From an uncultured Planctomycetaceae bacterium (lineage in GTDB: Bacteria > Planctomycetota > Phycisphaerae > Sedimentisphaerales > UBA12454): 64,000 bases of DNA. The notes under the pieces were generated by a model, which saw only the letters and a list, made by a program, of their open reading frames with translations, ran no database searches and was not told where the DNA came from. The stretch lies in assembly GCA_964619675.1 (NCBI GenBank), contig CAZUEO010000005.1, forward strand, positions 15,162-79,161. Direction: 5' to 3'. The position numbers and the translations under genes were made by a program. Positions 52,687 through 61,633 of the stretch are shown piece by piece (within the stretch, counting starts at the first letter, position 1; every line of letters begins with the position of its first letter).

Positions 52687-54669
52687 TTACCGCTTGTCAT
52701 AAATAGCTCTTGGTTCCCTATTATTAGTCTGGCACAGCCAGTTATCGAAAAGGCGCTGATATTTTTCAATGCTGTCGGGGCTTAGGTCGATAAACATTTC
52801 TCTTTGCCATTTGAGGATTTCTGAGATTAGGGAACACTGCCGGTTTTCGGAATTTTTTGCCGGAATGAGCTTTCCTTCAGACTCTCCGGGGTCTTCTGTC
52901 AGGTCAAATTCGATGACCATTCTGTTTGTCGGGTCATAAATGAATTTATGTCGGCCTGATATGAAACCGGCCGGCCCGTTATTCATCCAGGTCGAGAAGA
53001 ACAGCTTTCTGCCGGCAGGGTCGGCCGCCAGCGCGTTTATGCCGTCAAAGCCGGCGTTGGCAATATCAAAGCCCATAAGACCGAGCAATGTCGGCGTAAC
53101 ATCGAGAAGGCTGACCGGAAAATCAATTTTGACGGGCTTCTTAATCAATTTAGGCGATTTTACAAACCAGAACACCCTCAGCGCCTCGTCATAGGGAATT
53201 CTTGCATGGCCGAATGTGCCGTGCTGGCCAAAGGCTTCACCGTGGTCGCCAATGATGCAGAAAATAAGGTTTTTTTCATCCGTTGCCAGCGACAGTCTTT
53301 TGTAAAAGCTCGCCAGAAAAGAATCGGTGTATTCAATAACCCTGCGGTATTTTTTCACAGGTTCGTCATTTTTTTTGTTAGCGGGTTTGTACCAGGCCGG
53401 CAATTCATAAGGGTCATGTGTTGCTGAGCCGAGTATGGTTATCATAAAAGGTCTTTCAGATTGTCCAATCCAGCGGCAGACAGGTTCAATTAATTCAAAT
53501 TCGTCAGCGGCCAGATAGCCAAGATGTGTATTTGCATCGCCGATATCCTCGCGTGCGAAAAACCTGTCAAAGCCGAGATTGTGCGCGAGCCCCGGCCTTG
53601 CCTCGAAGATGCCCGCTGCGGACTGGAAAAAAGCGGTGCGGTATCCGCAGCAATTTTCCAGAATAGTGACGATACTCTGGAAAGGAGTATTTTTTACGGC
53701 AGCTTCAATGTAATCCTGGCTGATAGACGGATACCTGCCGGTGTGAATTGCAAACAAAGCTTTTGTGGTATGCGTGGCGATTGTACGGCAATCGGTAAAA
53801 TCAGCACAGCTATCTGCCAGTTTCGCAAAGAACGGCACATTTGCACCGTCTTTGTTGAATAATTTAGTCTGGCCGGGTGCGATTCCCTCGAGAATGACAA
53901 TAACGAGATTGAATTTTGCTGCGGACCTGCGGTGCGGCAGAGAAGTTTGTTCTTCGTCAGCCAATGGTATTTTTCTAACGTGCCTTGTTGTAGTTTTGGG
54001 AGCATTATTTCGAATTATGCCGGCGAATATTGATTTGACCGCTTTGAACTGGCTGTTGTATCGCAGTTCAGCGAATGTTTTTGTTACATCGCTTGTTTGT
54101 GAGATTTTCGCCGCGATGCCGCAGGCGACAAGCAGAATGACGTATATAATCAGTCTTGTTTGTATATGTTTTCTGGTGAATCCCGGCAATAACGGTTTTG
54201 CCAGGACATAAAAGAAGAATGCAAGGGCGATAGCGCTGGGCCCGAGAAGTGCGATGGCGGCAATGGGTCTTGTTGCCAGATGATGGCCTATTATCTGGAA
54301 TCTGCTGAGCGGGTCGTAGAAGAGCGGCAGCAGTACGGCAGGCAGGACCTGAGTTCCTGTGGCGATGAGCCAGCCGGCATTGATTACAGACCAGGTGCAG
54401 ACAAGGGCGGCGACGATGAGTATGCCTCTTATTGTCCGGTTGCGCTGCCAGAAGAAGCATACAAGCACGCACAGCAGCTCAATTGTCGCGAGCACAGCGA
54501 CATCGGCGGCAATCCAGCCGGGATACTGGCCGAGGCGGTTTATGTGAATTGCCCAGTAAAATTTCGCCAGCAGGGTGTACAAGAGTGCGCCGGTAACGAT
54601 AAGACTGGCTGCGTGGGCGATAAGAAAATTGAAAAACCTTTTAGGCCCCGTTTTCGGCTGTTCGTTCAT
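52687..54669 (-). CDS. Membrane-anchored sulfatase-like transferase (LTA synthase / phosphoglycerol-transferase family)
   Basis: A polytopic N-terminal region of about 200 aa precedes an alkaline-phosphatase-superfamily domain (LVIVILEGI.., HTTKALFAIHTGRYPS, GDHGEAFGQHG). Confidence 0.75.
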   Translation of the reverse strand: MNEQPKTGPKRFFNFLIAHAASLIVTGALLYTLLAKFYWAIHINRLGQYPGWIAADVAVLATIELLCVLVCFFWQRNRTIRGILIVAALVCTWSVINAGWLIATGTQVLPAVLLPLFYDPLSRFQIIGHHLATRPIAAIALLGPSAIALAFFFYVLAKPLLPGFTRKHIQTRLIIYVILLVACGIAAKISQTSDVTKTFAELRYNSQFKAVKSIFAGIIRNNAPKTTTRHVRKIPLADEEQTSLPHRRSAAKFNLVIVILEGIAPGQTKLFNKDGANVPFFAKLADSCADFTDCRTIATHTTKALFAIHTGRYPSISQDYIEAAVKNTPFQSIVTILENCCGYRTAFFQSAAGIFEARPGLAHNLGFDRFFAREDIGDANTHLGYLAADEFELIEPVCRWIGQSERPFMITILGSATHDPYELPAWYKPANKKNDEPVKKYRRVIEYTDSFLASFYKRLSLATDEKNLIFCIIGDHGEAFGQHGTFGHARIPYDEALRVFWFVKSPKLIKKPVKIDFPVSLLDVTPTLLGLMGFDIANAGFDGINALAADPAGRKLFFSTWMNNGPAGFISGRHKFIYDPTNRMVIEFDLTEDPGESEGKLIPAKNSENRQCSLISEILKWQREMFIDLSPDSIEKYQRLFDNWLCQTNNREPRAIYDKR

Positions 54670-54674
54670 AATGA

Positions 54675-54977
54675 TTAGATATCTGTATCCTGTTCTCCGC
54701 TAGGGGATGCCTCACGGCAGATTCGGATTTTGACATTGCTTCTGACGTCGCCACCTTTTTTGTCGGTTTTTACGGTGTTTATAAAGATTCTGGCGGCATT
54801 AAAGCAGCATATGAATCCGACTATAATAAATATTGCGGCGGCGATAACGGCAAGGACCTCCTTGAGAATCCAGACGAGTGTGCCGAAGCCGATAAGCAAA
54901 AGGCCTACAATAAACAGGACTTTTGCATAGCCTTTCGAAAGCTGTTTGAACGAATCTGAGTAGAGTTTAAAGAACAT
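54675..54977 (-). CDS. Small membrane protein (2 TM), function unknown
   Basis: The ORF has two hydrophobic helices and is tightly spaced with the downstream gene. No recognisable motif was seen. Confidence 0.4.
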   Translation of the reverse strand: MFFKLYSDSFKQLSKGYAKVLFIVGLLLIGFGTLVWILKEVLAVIAAAIFIIVGFICCFNAARIFINTVKTDKKGGDVRSNVKIRICREASPSGEQDTDI

Positions 54978-54980
54978 AAA

Positions 54981-55021
54981 AAACGATTATCCCGCACCTA
55001 AAGTTTTTTTAGGTGCGGGAT
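54981..55021 (-). terminator. Intrinsic terminator downstream of groEL
   Basis: A perfect 11-bp stem ATCCCGCACCT / AGGTGCGGGAT (54989-54999 and 55011-55021) is followed by a T-run on the minus strand (aatcgtttttt). Confidence 0.7.
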
Positions 55022-55025
55022 TCCT

Positions 55026-55067
55026 TAATTTTTCATTTTAAATTTTGATTTTTTAATTTTTTTAATA
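55026..55067. repeat. Heptanucleotide array taatttt tcatttt aaatttt gattttt taatttt tttaata
   Basis: Six contiguous NNATTTT-type units overlap the groEL stop codon and its last codons. Confidence 0.8.
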
Positions 55068-56687
55068 CATTCCTCCGCCATGCGGGGGCATCGGCGGCGT
55101 TTCTTTCTTTTCCGGTATTTCGCTGACGACCGCATCTGTTGTCAGCAGCAGTGAAGCAATTGAGGCTCCGTTTTGCAGGGCAATGCGTTCGACCTTTGTC
55201 GGGACAATAACGCCGAGCTCAATCATATTGCCGTACTCTTTTCTCATGGCGTCATAGCCGAAGTTTACATCGCTGCTGTCGGAAACCTTTTGAGCAACGA
55301 TTGAGCCGTCAAGGCCTGCATTTACGGCAATCTGCTTTATTGGCGCAACGACTGCCCTTTTTACGATATCAACGCCGATTTTCTCATCGTCTTTTGCCTT
55401 TATTTTATCGAGTGCCTTCAGTGCTCGCAGCATAGAGACCCCGCCGCCGGGCAGGATACCTTCCTCGACGGCCGCCCTGCAGGCGTGAAGAGCGTCCTCG
55501 ACACGGGCTTTCTTTTCTTTCATTTCGGCTTCTGTCGCAGCGCCGACGTTAATCTGTGCGACGCCTCCGGAGAGCTTGGCAAGTCTTTCCTGAAGTTTTT
55601 CAATATCATAGTCGCTGGTTGTCGTTTCGATTTCCTTCTTTATCTGCTCGATACGGCCTTTAATGGCTTCGGTTGAGCCTGCACCTTCGACGATGGTGGT
55701 ATTTTCTTTGTCGATAGTAATCCGCTTGGCCTGGCCGAGCTGCGAGATGTCAATGTTTTCAAGGTTGATTCCGAGGTCTTCAAAAACAGGCTCTCCGCCG
55801 GTAATGACACCTATATCGGCAAGCATAGCCTTGCGCCTGTCGCCGAAGCCGGGTGCCTTTACCGCTGCACACTGCAGAACGCCGCGAAGCTTGTTTACGA
55901 CTAGCGTTGCAAGCGCTTCGCCTTCGACTTCTTCGGCGATAATCAGCAGAGGCTTGCCGGCCTTGGCAATTTTTTCAAGCAGCGGCACAAGCGATTTTAT
56001 CGAGCTGATTTTCTTTTCGTGAATGAGGATATACGGTTTTTCAAGGACACAGGTCATATTTTCGTAGTTGTTCATGAAGTGCGGGCTGATGTATCCTTTG
56101 TCGAACTGCATACCCTCGACCAGTTCGACGGTTGTTTCAAGGCTCTGGCCTTCCTCGACGGTAATAACGCCGTCTTTGCCGACCTTTTCCATAGCCTGGG
56201 CCATTGTTTTGCCGATTTGGGCGTCCTGATTAGCCGAGCAGGTCGCTACCTGTTCGATTTGTTTTTCTGATTCGACAGATGTGCTCATCCTCTTGAGTTC
56301 TTCAACTATTTTTTCAACTGCCATATCAATGCCGCGTTTTACCTGCATAGGGTTGGCACCCGCGGTGATATTTTTGAGACCTTCCTCGAAAATAGACTCG
56401 GCAAGGATTGTCGCGGTAGTCGTGCCGTCGCCTGCGACGGTGCTGGTTTTGCTGGCAACTTCCTTGACCATCTGGGCGCCCATATTTTCGTATGAATCTT
56501 CCAGCTCGATTTCCTTTGCGACGGTAACGCCGTCCTTTGTGACGGTCGGTGAACCATAAGATTTTTCAAGTATGACGTTTCTTCCGCAAGGCCCCAGCGT
56601 AACTTTTACTGCCTGGGCAAGTTTTTTGATGCCCTGACGGATTGCCTCGCGGGCCTCGGTGTTAAAAGCAATTTTTTTTGCTGCCAT
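55062..56687 (-). CDS. groL: Chaperonin GroEL
   Basis: [21 protein letters not shown] and [12 protein letters not shown] are present. The protein is 541 aa. Confidence 0.97.
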   Translation of the reverse strand: MAAKKIAFNTEAREAIRQGIKKLAQAVKVTLGPCGRNVILEKSYGSPTVTKDGVTVAKEIELEDSYENMGAQMVKEVASKTSTVAGDGTTTATILAESIFEEGLKNITAGANPMQVKRGIDMAVEKIVEELKRMSTSVESEKQIEQVATCSANQDAQIGKTMAQAMEKVGKDGVITVEEGQSLETTVELVEGMQFDKGYISPHFMNNYENMTCVLEKPYILIHEKKISSIKSLVPLLEKIAKAGKPLLIIAEEVEGEALATLVVNKLRGVLQCAAVKAPGFGDRRKAMLADIGVITGGEPVFEDLGINLENIDISQLGQAKRITIDKENTTIVEGAGSTEAIKGRIEQIKKEIETTTSDYDIEKLQERLAKLSGGVAQINVGAATEAEMKEKKARVEDALHACRAAVEEGILPGGGVSMLRALKALDKIKAKDDEKIGVDIVKRAVVAPIKQIAVNAGLDGSIVAQKVSDSSDVNFGYDAMRKEYGNMIELGVIVPTKVERIALQNGASIASLLLTTDAVVSEIPEKKETPPMPPHGGGMY

Positions 56688-56718
56688 TTTATAATCTCCT
56701 GATATTATTTATTTGGAT

Positions 56719-57009
56719 TTATTTTTCGATAACTGCCATAATGTCCGATTCTTCCATAATCAGATATTCTTTGCCGTCGAGTTTGACTTCTGTGCCTGCG
56801 TAGCTTGTAAAGAGAACCTCATCACCCTTTTTCACCTGCATTTCGCTTCTTGAGCCGTCATCGAGCAGTTTTCCAGTGCCGATGCTGATGACCTTGCCCC
56901 GCTGAGGCTTTTCCTTGGCGGTGTCCGGCAGGACGATTCCGCCTGCTGTTTTGTTCTCAGCCTCGATGCGCTCGACAATAACCTTGTCAGCCAATGGTCG
57001 AATTTTCAT
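56719..57009 (-). CDS. groS: Co-chaperonin GroES
   Basis: [16 protein letters not shown] is present. The ATG at 57009 is preceded by AAAGGAG, so the GTG at 57027 was rejected. Confidence 0.93.
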   Translation of the reverse strand: MKIRPLADKVIVERIEAENKTAGGIVLPDTAKEKPQRGKVISIGTGKLLDDGSRSEMQVKKGDEVLFTSYAGTEVKLDGKEYLIMEESDIMAVIEK

Positions 57010-57062
57010 TGCCTTATCTCCTTTCACGACAAAAAACCCTGTAAACTTAGTTTGTTTTTATT

Positions 57063-57515
57063 CTAACAATTTAACGCAAAAACGCTACTGCCATACCTTT
57101 TCAAAAAGAGTTTATGAAGCTGGCTTTGCAGCAGCAGGATGTCCACGGGCTTATTTATCACGCTGAACACATCCAGCTCAAGCGCTTCCGACAACAGCTT
57201 TTGCTCAGCACTGTCTGCGATGAGAATACAAGGCAGCAGCGGAAATCCCGAGCGTATCATTTTTATTACCACCAGGCCGCTGAGCGCTTCGCAGTCCATA
57301 TCAACGATGGCGGTATGTATCCGCCTGTGCTGCAGGGTGCTGAGGGCCTGGGCGGCATTTTTTACCAGCAATAGCTGGATGCCTCTTGAGTTGAATATCT
57401 GCCTTACAGCCTCCGGCCAAGCCCAACAGGCATCATTTATCAATACATTTATGTCTGTAGTCACAATCTGTCTATAAAGAAACGTTACCTTGATAAAGTG
57501 CAAATAATGTGCCAC
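57063..57515 (-). CDS. Stand-alone response-regulator receiver (CheY-like) domain protein; the start is uncertain
   Basis: The REC pattern is present: VLINDA, HTAIVDMD (phospho-acceptor Asp region), ILIADS and INKPV (conserved Lys-Pro). Confidence 0.55.
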   Translation of the reverse strand: MAHYLHFIKVTFLYRQIVTTDINVLINDACWAWPEAVRQIFNSRGIQLLLVKNAAQALSTLQHRRIHTAIVDMDCEALSGLVVIKMIRSGFPLLPCILIADSAEQKLLSEALELDVFSVINKPVDILLLQSQLHKLFLKRYGSSVFALNC

Positions 57516-57763
57516 AGGTTGAATAACGCAATATTAAATCGCAACTGTTTTATAAATATAGACTTAAAAAACAGGACACGGAAAGGCTGCTTTATTTAAT
57601 CTGCCCTTTTACTTTATTATCCGCCAGAATGACAGTTGCTCTTTTATAAGTCGAAAATCAGCAAAAAGTTAATAATACTAAGAATTTTTTTAATTTTATT
57701 AATTTTTAACTTGATATTATTAAAGTACAGGTTAATATTAGTAAATATATATGGAAGTATCCA

Positions 57764-58693
57764 ATGTATAAAAACATTAGAAAAGTCATTTTATTCGTCA
57801 GTTTAACTTTCTTCTTTAGTTGGTTTATGGCAATTTCGTTTTTTGCTTTTGGAGGCAAGTGGTTTACCCCTGCGCCGTTTGTGATAACTATTATCTATAT
57901 GTTTATCCCAATGGTCATAGCCATTATTGTCCAGAAGTTTATCTACAAGGAACCTCTGAAGAGACCTTTGGGGATTTCGTTTAAATTGAATCGTTGGTTC
58001 GTGGTCGCGTGGTTACTCCCCCCTATTATCGCTTTTGCCTCGCTGGGGGTTAGTTTACTTTTCCCTAACGTCCAATACTCTGCCGGAATGGAAAATTTCT
58101 TTGAAAGATTTGAATTTATGCTTACAGCGAAACAATTACAGCAAATGAAAAACCAACTTGCCAACTCATTTATTCATCCAATTTGGATTGCCTTACTACA
58201 AGGACTTATAGCTGGAATTAGTGTCAATGCAATTGCCGGTTTTGGTGAAGAATTGGGATGGAGAGGATTCCTCCAAAGAGAACTTGACTTTATGGGGTTT
58301 TGGAAGTCATCAATAGTTATTGGTGTTATCTGGGGGATATGGCATGCCCCAATCATTCTCCATGGGCATAATTATCCTCAACATCCTTTCACTGGCGTAG
58401 TTATGATGATATTTTTCACTTTATTATGGTCGCCAATATTCAGCTATATCCGGCTTAAGGCGAATTCCGTCGTCGCCGCTGCTGTTTTCCATGGCTCGCT
58501 CAACGGCACTGCGGCATTGTCTTTGATGTTTACCGAGGGAGGCAATGATTTAATCCTTGGTATTCCGGGATTGGCCGGGTTTATTGTTCTTATTGTTGTG
58601 AATATAGGTTTATTGCTGTTTGATTGTATGCTGGCTAAAAAATCTATTATGTTTAAAAAGCATGGTTTTCAAATAGAAAGGTCGGAGTTATGA
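57764..58693 (+). CDS. CPBP-family intramembrane glutamic endopeptidase (CAAX protease/Abi)
   Basis: GFGEELGWRGFL (EExxxR), WGIWHAPIILHGH and AAVFHGSLNG motifs are present in a polytopic protein. Confidence 0.8.
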   Translation: MYKNIRKVILFVSLTFFFSWFMAISFFAFGGKWFTPAPFVITIIYMFIPMVIAIIVQKFIYKEPLKRPLGISFKLNRWFVVAWLLPPIIAFASLGVSLLFPNVQYSAGMENFFERFEFMLTAKQLQQMKNQLANSFIHPIWIALLQGLIAGISVNAIAGFGEELGWRGFLQRELDFMGFWKSSIVIGVIWGIWHAPIILHGHNYPQHPFTGVVMMIFFTLLWSPIFSYIRLKANSVVAAAVFHGSLNGTAALSLMFTEGGNDLILGIPGLAGFIVLIVVNIGLLLFDCMLAKKSIMFKKHGFQIERSEL

Positions 58694-58965
58694 AAAAATT
58701 ACCAGCTATATGCCCTGCATGTCAGAACCAGCTAAATATCAAAAAGTTATCCTGCCAGAAATGCAGTACTGAGATAGAAGGGCTTTTTGAGCTGCCGCCT
58801 CTGGCCAGATTGTCTGTTGAAGACCAGGAGTTTACCCTGCAATTCGTCAAATGCAGCGGGTCTTTGAAGGAAATGGCTCGACTGCTGAAACTAAGCTATC
58901 CGACCGTACGGAATCAGCTTGATAAGATAATTGAACAGATTAAGGATGTTGAAAATCAGGAATAA
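58690..58965 (+). CDS. DUF2089-family zinc-ribbon/HTH protein
   Basis: The zinc ribbon CPACQNQL..CQKCSTEIEG is followed by SLKEMARLLKLSYPTVRNQLDKII. Its start overlaps the CPBP stop (ATGA). Confidence 0.7.
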   Translation: MKKLPAICPACQNQLNIKKLSCQKCSTEIEGLFELPPLARLSVEDQEFTLQFVKCSGSLKEMARLLKLSYPTVRNQLDKIIEQIKDVENQE

Positions 58966-58985
58966 GATTTTGGAAGGAAATAACA

Positions 58986-59636
58986 ATGGTTGATGACGAA
59001 ATTGAGAGAGGAAATCAGCAGAAAAATGCACTGCAGCAGTGGCTGTTTAATCCGTTTCAGTTTATTGCCGGCGGCAGTGCATTGCTAATTGGTTTGGCAA
59101 TTACTTTAATAACTGCGTATTTAGGCTCGTTGAGCAATACGCATTTTGACGGCGTATTGGATTTACACATCGGCAAAGCCGCACCATTATGGTTCTTTCT
59201 AACTGAGGTGTTAATCGACTGGCTTTGTATATCTGTGGTGCTGCTGATTGCCGGTTTTATCGTATCGCATTCGTCTTTTAGAATAATCGATGTTTTTAGT
59301 ACACAGGCCTTGGCCAGAGCCCCTTATCTTTTTGCCGCCATAGCGGTGATGCCCAAAGGTTTTGTCAGATTTGCCGAATATCTGGCGTCCAAAGCTATGC
59401 AACAGGCGCCGACGAGCACGATTCAGAATAGCGACGCACTATTCTTTGTGCTTGGAACTGTCGTTGTTATTTTGATGCTCGTTTGGATGGTGACTTTGAT
59501 GTACCGTGCCTATTCGGTGTCGTGCAATGTTAAAGGCGGCAGGGCTGTCGGCAGTTTCATTGCGGGTTTGATTATTGCGGAAATTTTGTCCAAGACAGCC
59601 ATTTGGCAATTGGCTGTGCGGACGGGCCTGCTCTAA
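58986..59636 (+). CDS. Polytopic membrane protein (possibly Yip1-like), function unknown
   Basis: It has 4-5 hydrophobic helices and follows the DUF2089 gene by 20 nt. Confidence 0.45.
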   Translation: MVDDEIERGNQQKNALQQWLFNPFQFIAGGSALLIGLAITLITAYLGSLSNTHFDGVLDLHIGKAAPLWFFLTEVLIDWLCISVVLLIAGFIVSHSSFRIIDVFSTQALARAPYLFAAIAVMPKGFVRFAEYLASKAMQQAPTSTIQNSDALFFVLGTVVVILMLVWMVTLMYRAYSVSCNVKGGRAVGSFIAGLIIAEILSKTAIWQLAVRTGLL

Positions 59637-59716
59637 CAGTCTCAAGGTTGATAATTATTTCTTACCTGCTATAATCCTTAACCTTGTGCTTTCATTATTT
59701 TTAAGGTTAGGGAAAA

Positions 59717-61147
59717 ATGGAGTTTCAGCAACTATACGCAAAAGTCAGGCAATTACTGGATAAATATAATCAGAGCCATCTGCTGACATTTTGGTCTGAA
59801 TTAGATGAAAAGCAGCAGCATAATCTGCTTACTCAGATTGAGCAGTTGGAATTTGACCGAATTGAGGAGAAAATCAATCAATATATCAAAAATCCTGTTT
59901 CTCGTGGGTCGTCCGGAGATTTTTCCGCAGCCCCCGCGTATTCTGCCTTGCCGAAAACAGCACAGCAGAAGGAAAAATACGGCATTGCAAAGCAGCTCGG
60001 CATGGAATTAATATCAAGCGGCAAGGTCGCTGCCTTTGTCGTTGCCGGCGGACAGGGTACGAGACTTGGGTTCGATGTGCCAAAGGGAGATTTTGCAATC
60101 AGCCCTGTCAAAAACAAAACTTTGTTTCGGCTCTTTGCCGAGCAGATTGCGGCGGCAGGCAAAAAATTCAATTTTCAGCCGAGATGGTATGTAATGACAA
60201 GCCCTCTTAATCACGCGCAGACGCTGGAGATTTTCAGACGGAATGATTTTTACGGTTTTAAGCCTGAGGATGTTTTTATTTTTCAGCAGGGCATCGAAGT
60301 AAATTTTTCAATGGATGGTAAAATTTTGCTGGCTGAAAAAGGCGCTTTATCCGCATCTCCCGATGGCCATGGCGGCAGTTTGAAGGCTCTTTACCAAAGC
60401 GGTGCCGCTGCCGATATGAAAAGGTGCGGTATTGATTACATCAGCTATTTTCAGGTTGATAATCCTTTGATTAATATTTTTGACCCGCTCTTTATCGGGC
60501 TGCACGTGATGGATAAAGCCGAGATGTCGTCGAAGGCTCTCGCAAAAGCAGGACCATTTGAAAGGGTCGGCAGTTTTTATCAGGTTGACGGGAAAATCAG
60601 GGTGATTGAGTACAGCGACCTGCGCAAGGAGCTTGCGGAAAAGAAAAATCCTGACGGTTCACTGGTTTTTTCGCTTGGCAGTATTGCGATTCACATAATA
60701 AATCGTTCTTTTGTTGAGCGGCTTAACATAAAAGGTTTTGCCCTGCCCTATCATAGAGCGGTCAAAAAAATACCTTATATTGATTTGCGGACCGGCAGGG
60801 CAGTCGAACCTCAAAAGCCCAACGGTGTTAAACTTGAGACATTTGTGTTTGATGCCCTGTCTCTTGCTCAAAGGTCCGTCATTCTCAAAATATCCCGCAG
60901 TGAAGAATTCGCACCGGTGAAAAATGCCGTCGGCACTGACAGTCCGCAGGTAGCGAAGAAAATGATGACAGCCCGTGCAGCATCATGGCTGATGCAGGCA
61001 GGCATAAAAGTTCCCGCCAAGCCTGACGGCTCAATAGATTGCAGAATTGAAATCTCGCCGTTTTTTGCGGTGTGTGAGGAGGATGTTTTGGAAAAGAAAG
61101 ACAAAGTCGGCCTGATTAAGCCGGGCGATGCGATTTATCTGGAATAG
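59717..61147 (+). CDS. UDPGP type 1 family nucleotidyltransferase (UDP-N-acetylhexosamine pyrophosphorylase-like)
   Basis: VVAGGQGTRLGFDVPKG, PDGHGG and FQVDNPL motifs of the eukaryote-type UAP/UGP family are present. Confidence 0.75.
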   Translation: MEFQQLYAKVRQLLDKYNQSHLLTFWSELDEKQQHNLLTQIEQLEFDRIEEKINQYIKNPVSRGSSGDFSAAPAYSALPKTAQQKEKYGIAKQLGMELISSGKVAAFVVAGGQGTRLGFDVPKGDFAISPVKNKTLFRLFAEQIAAAGKKFNFQPRWYVMTSPLNHAQTLEIFRRNDFYGFKPEDVFIFQQGIEVNFSMDGKILLAEKGALSASPDGHGGSLKALYQSGAAADMKRCGIDYISYFQVDNPLINIFDPLFIGLHVMDKAEMSSKALAKAGPFERVGSFYQVDGKIRVIEYSDLRKELAEKKNPDGSLVFSLGSIAIHIINRSFVERLNIKGFALPYHRAVKKIPYIDLRTGRAVEPQKPNGVKLETFVFDALSLAQRSVILKISRSEEFAPVKNAVGTDSPQVAKKMMTARAASWLMQAGIKVPAKPDGSIDCRIEISPFFAVCEEDVLEKKDKVGLIKPGDAIYLE

Positions 61148-61160
61148 GCAGGAGACGGTT

Positions 61161-61619
61161 CTACTTTTGGAAGTGTTCCTGCAGCCATTGAAATTCCTGC
61201 TGTTTCTGTTGCGCTGTGAGGGTTTGCTCGAACTGTTTTTTGTTCATCCATTCAATTTCGCCGCTGAGCCACAGCACGATGCTGCCGGCCTTTACGAATC
61301 CTCTGTAGTTTTTTTCTGAATATGCGAGAATTGTGCTGTTGGGCTCAGAGCCGAGCTCTATCCAGGGAGCCCTGTAGTAAAGACCGGAGAGTCTGACCGC
61401 ACCGATTTGATCTATGTATTGTTTTACGTAGTTCTCCGGCGGTAATGAACCGCGGGTTTTTCGGTATCGCAGGACTTCTGCGCTGACCAGCTCCATTGCA
61501 CGCATGGCCTCGGAACGGTTGATTGCGTTTTTAATGTTTGCAAAACTGACCACCATAGCTACGGTAAAGACCACAACTGTAACGATATTGGCAACAAGTT
61601 TTTTCTGCTGTGTGTTCAA
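61161..61619 (-). CDS. N-terminally membrane-anchored protein, function unknown
   Basis: A single TM helix (LVANIVTVVVFTVAMVVSF) is present, with no recognisable motif. Confidence 0.4.
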   Translation of the reverse strand: MNTQQKKLVANIVTVVVFTVAMVVSFANIKNAINRSEAMRAMELVSAEVLRYRKTRGSLPPENYVKQYIDQIGAVRLSGLYYRAPWIELGSEPNSTILAYSEKNYRGFVKAGSIVLWLSGEIEWMNKKQFEQTLTAQQKQQEFQWLQEHFQK

Positions 61620-61633
61620 TGCAATTCCACCTT

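Noticed and set aside
57010-57120. CIRCE/HrcA operator upstream of groES
   Set aside because: No inverted repeat resembling TTAGCACTC-N9-GAGTGCTAA is present.
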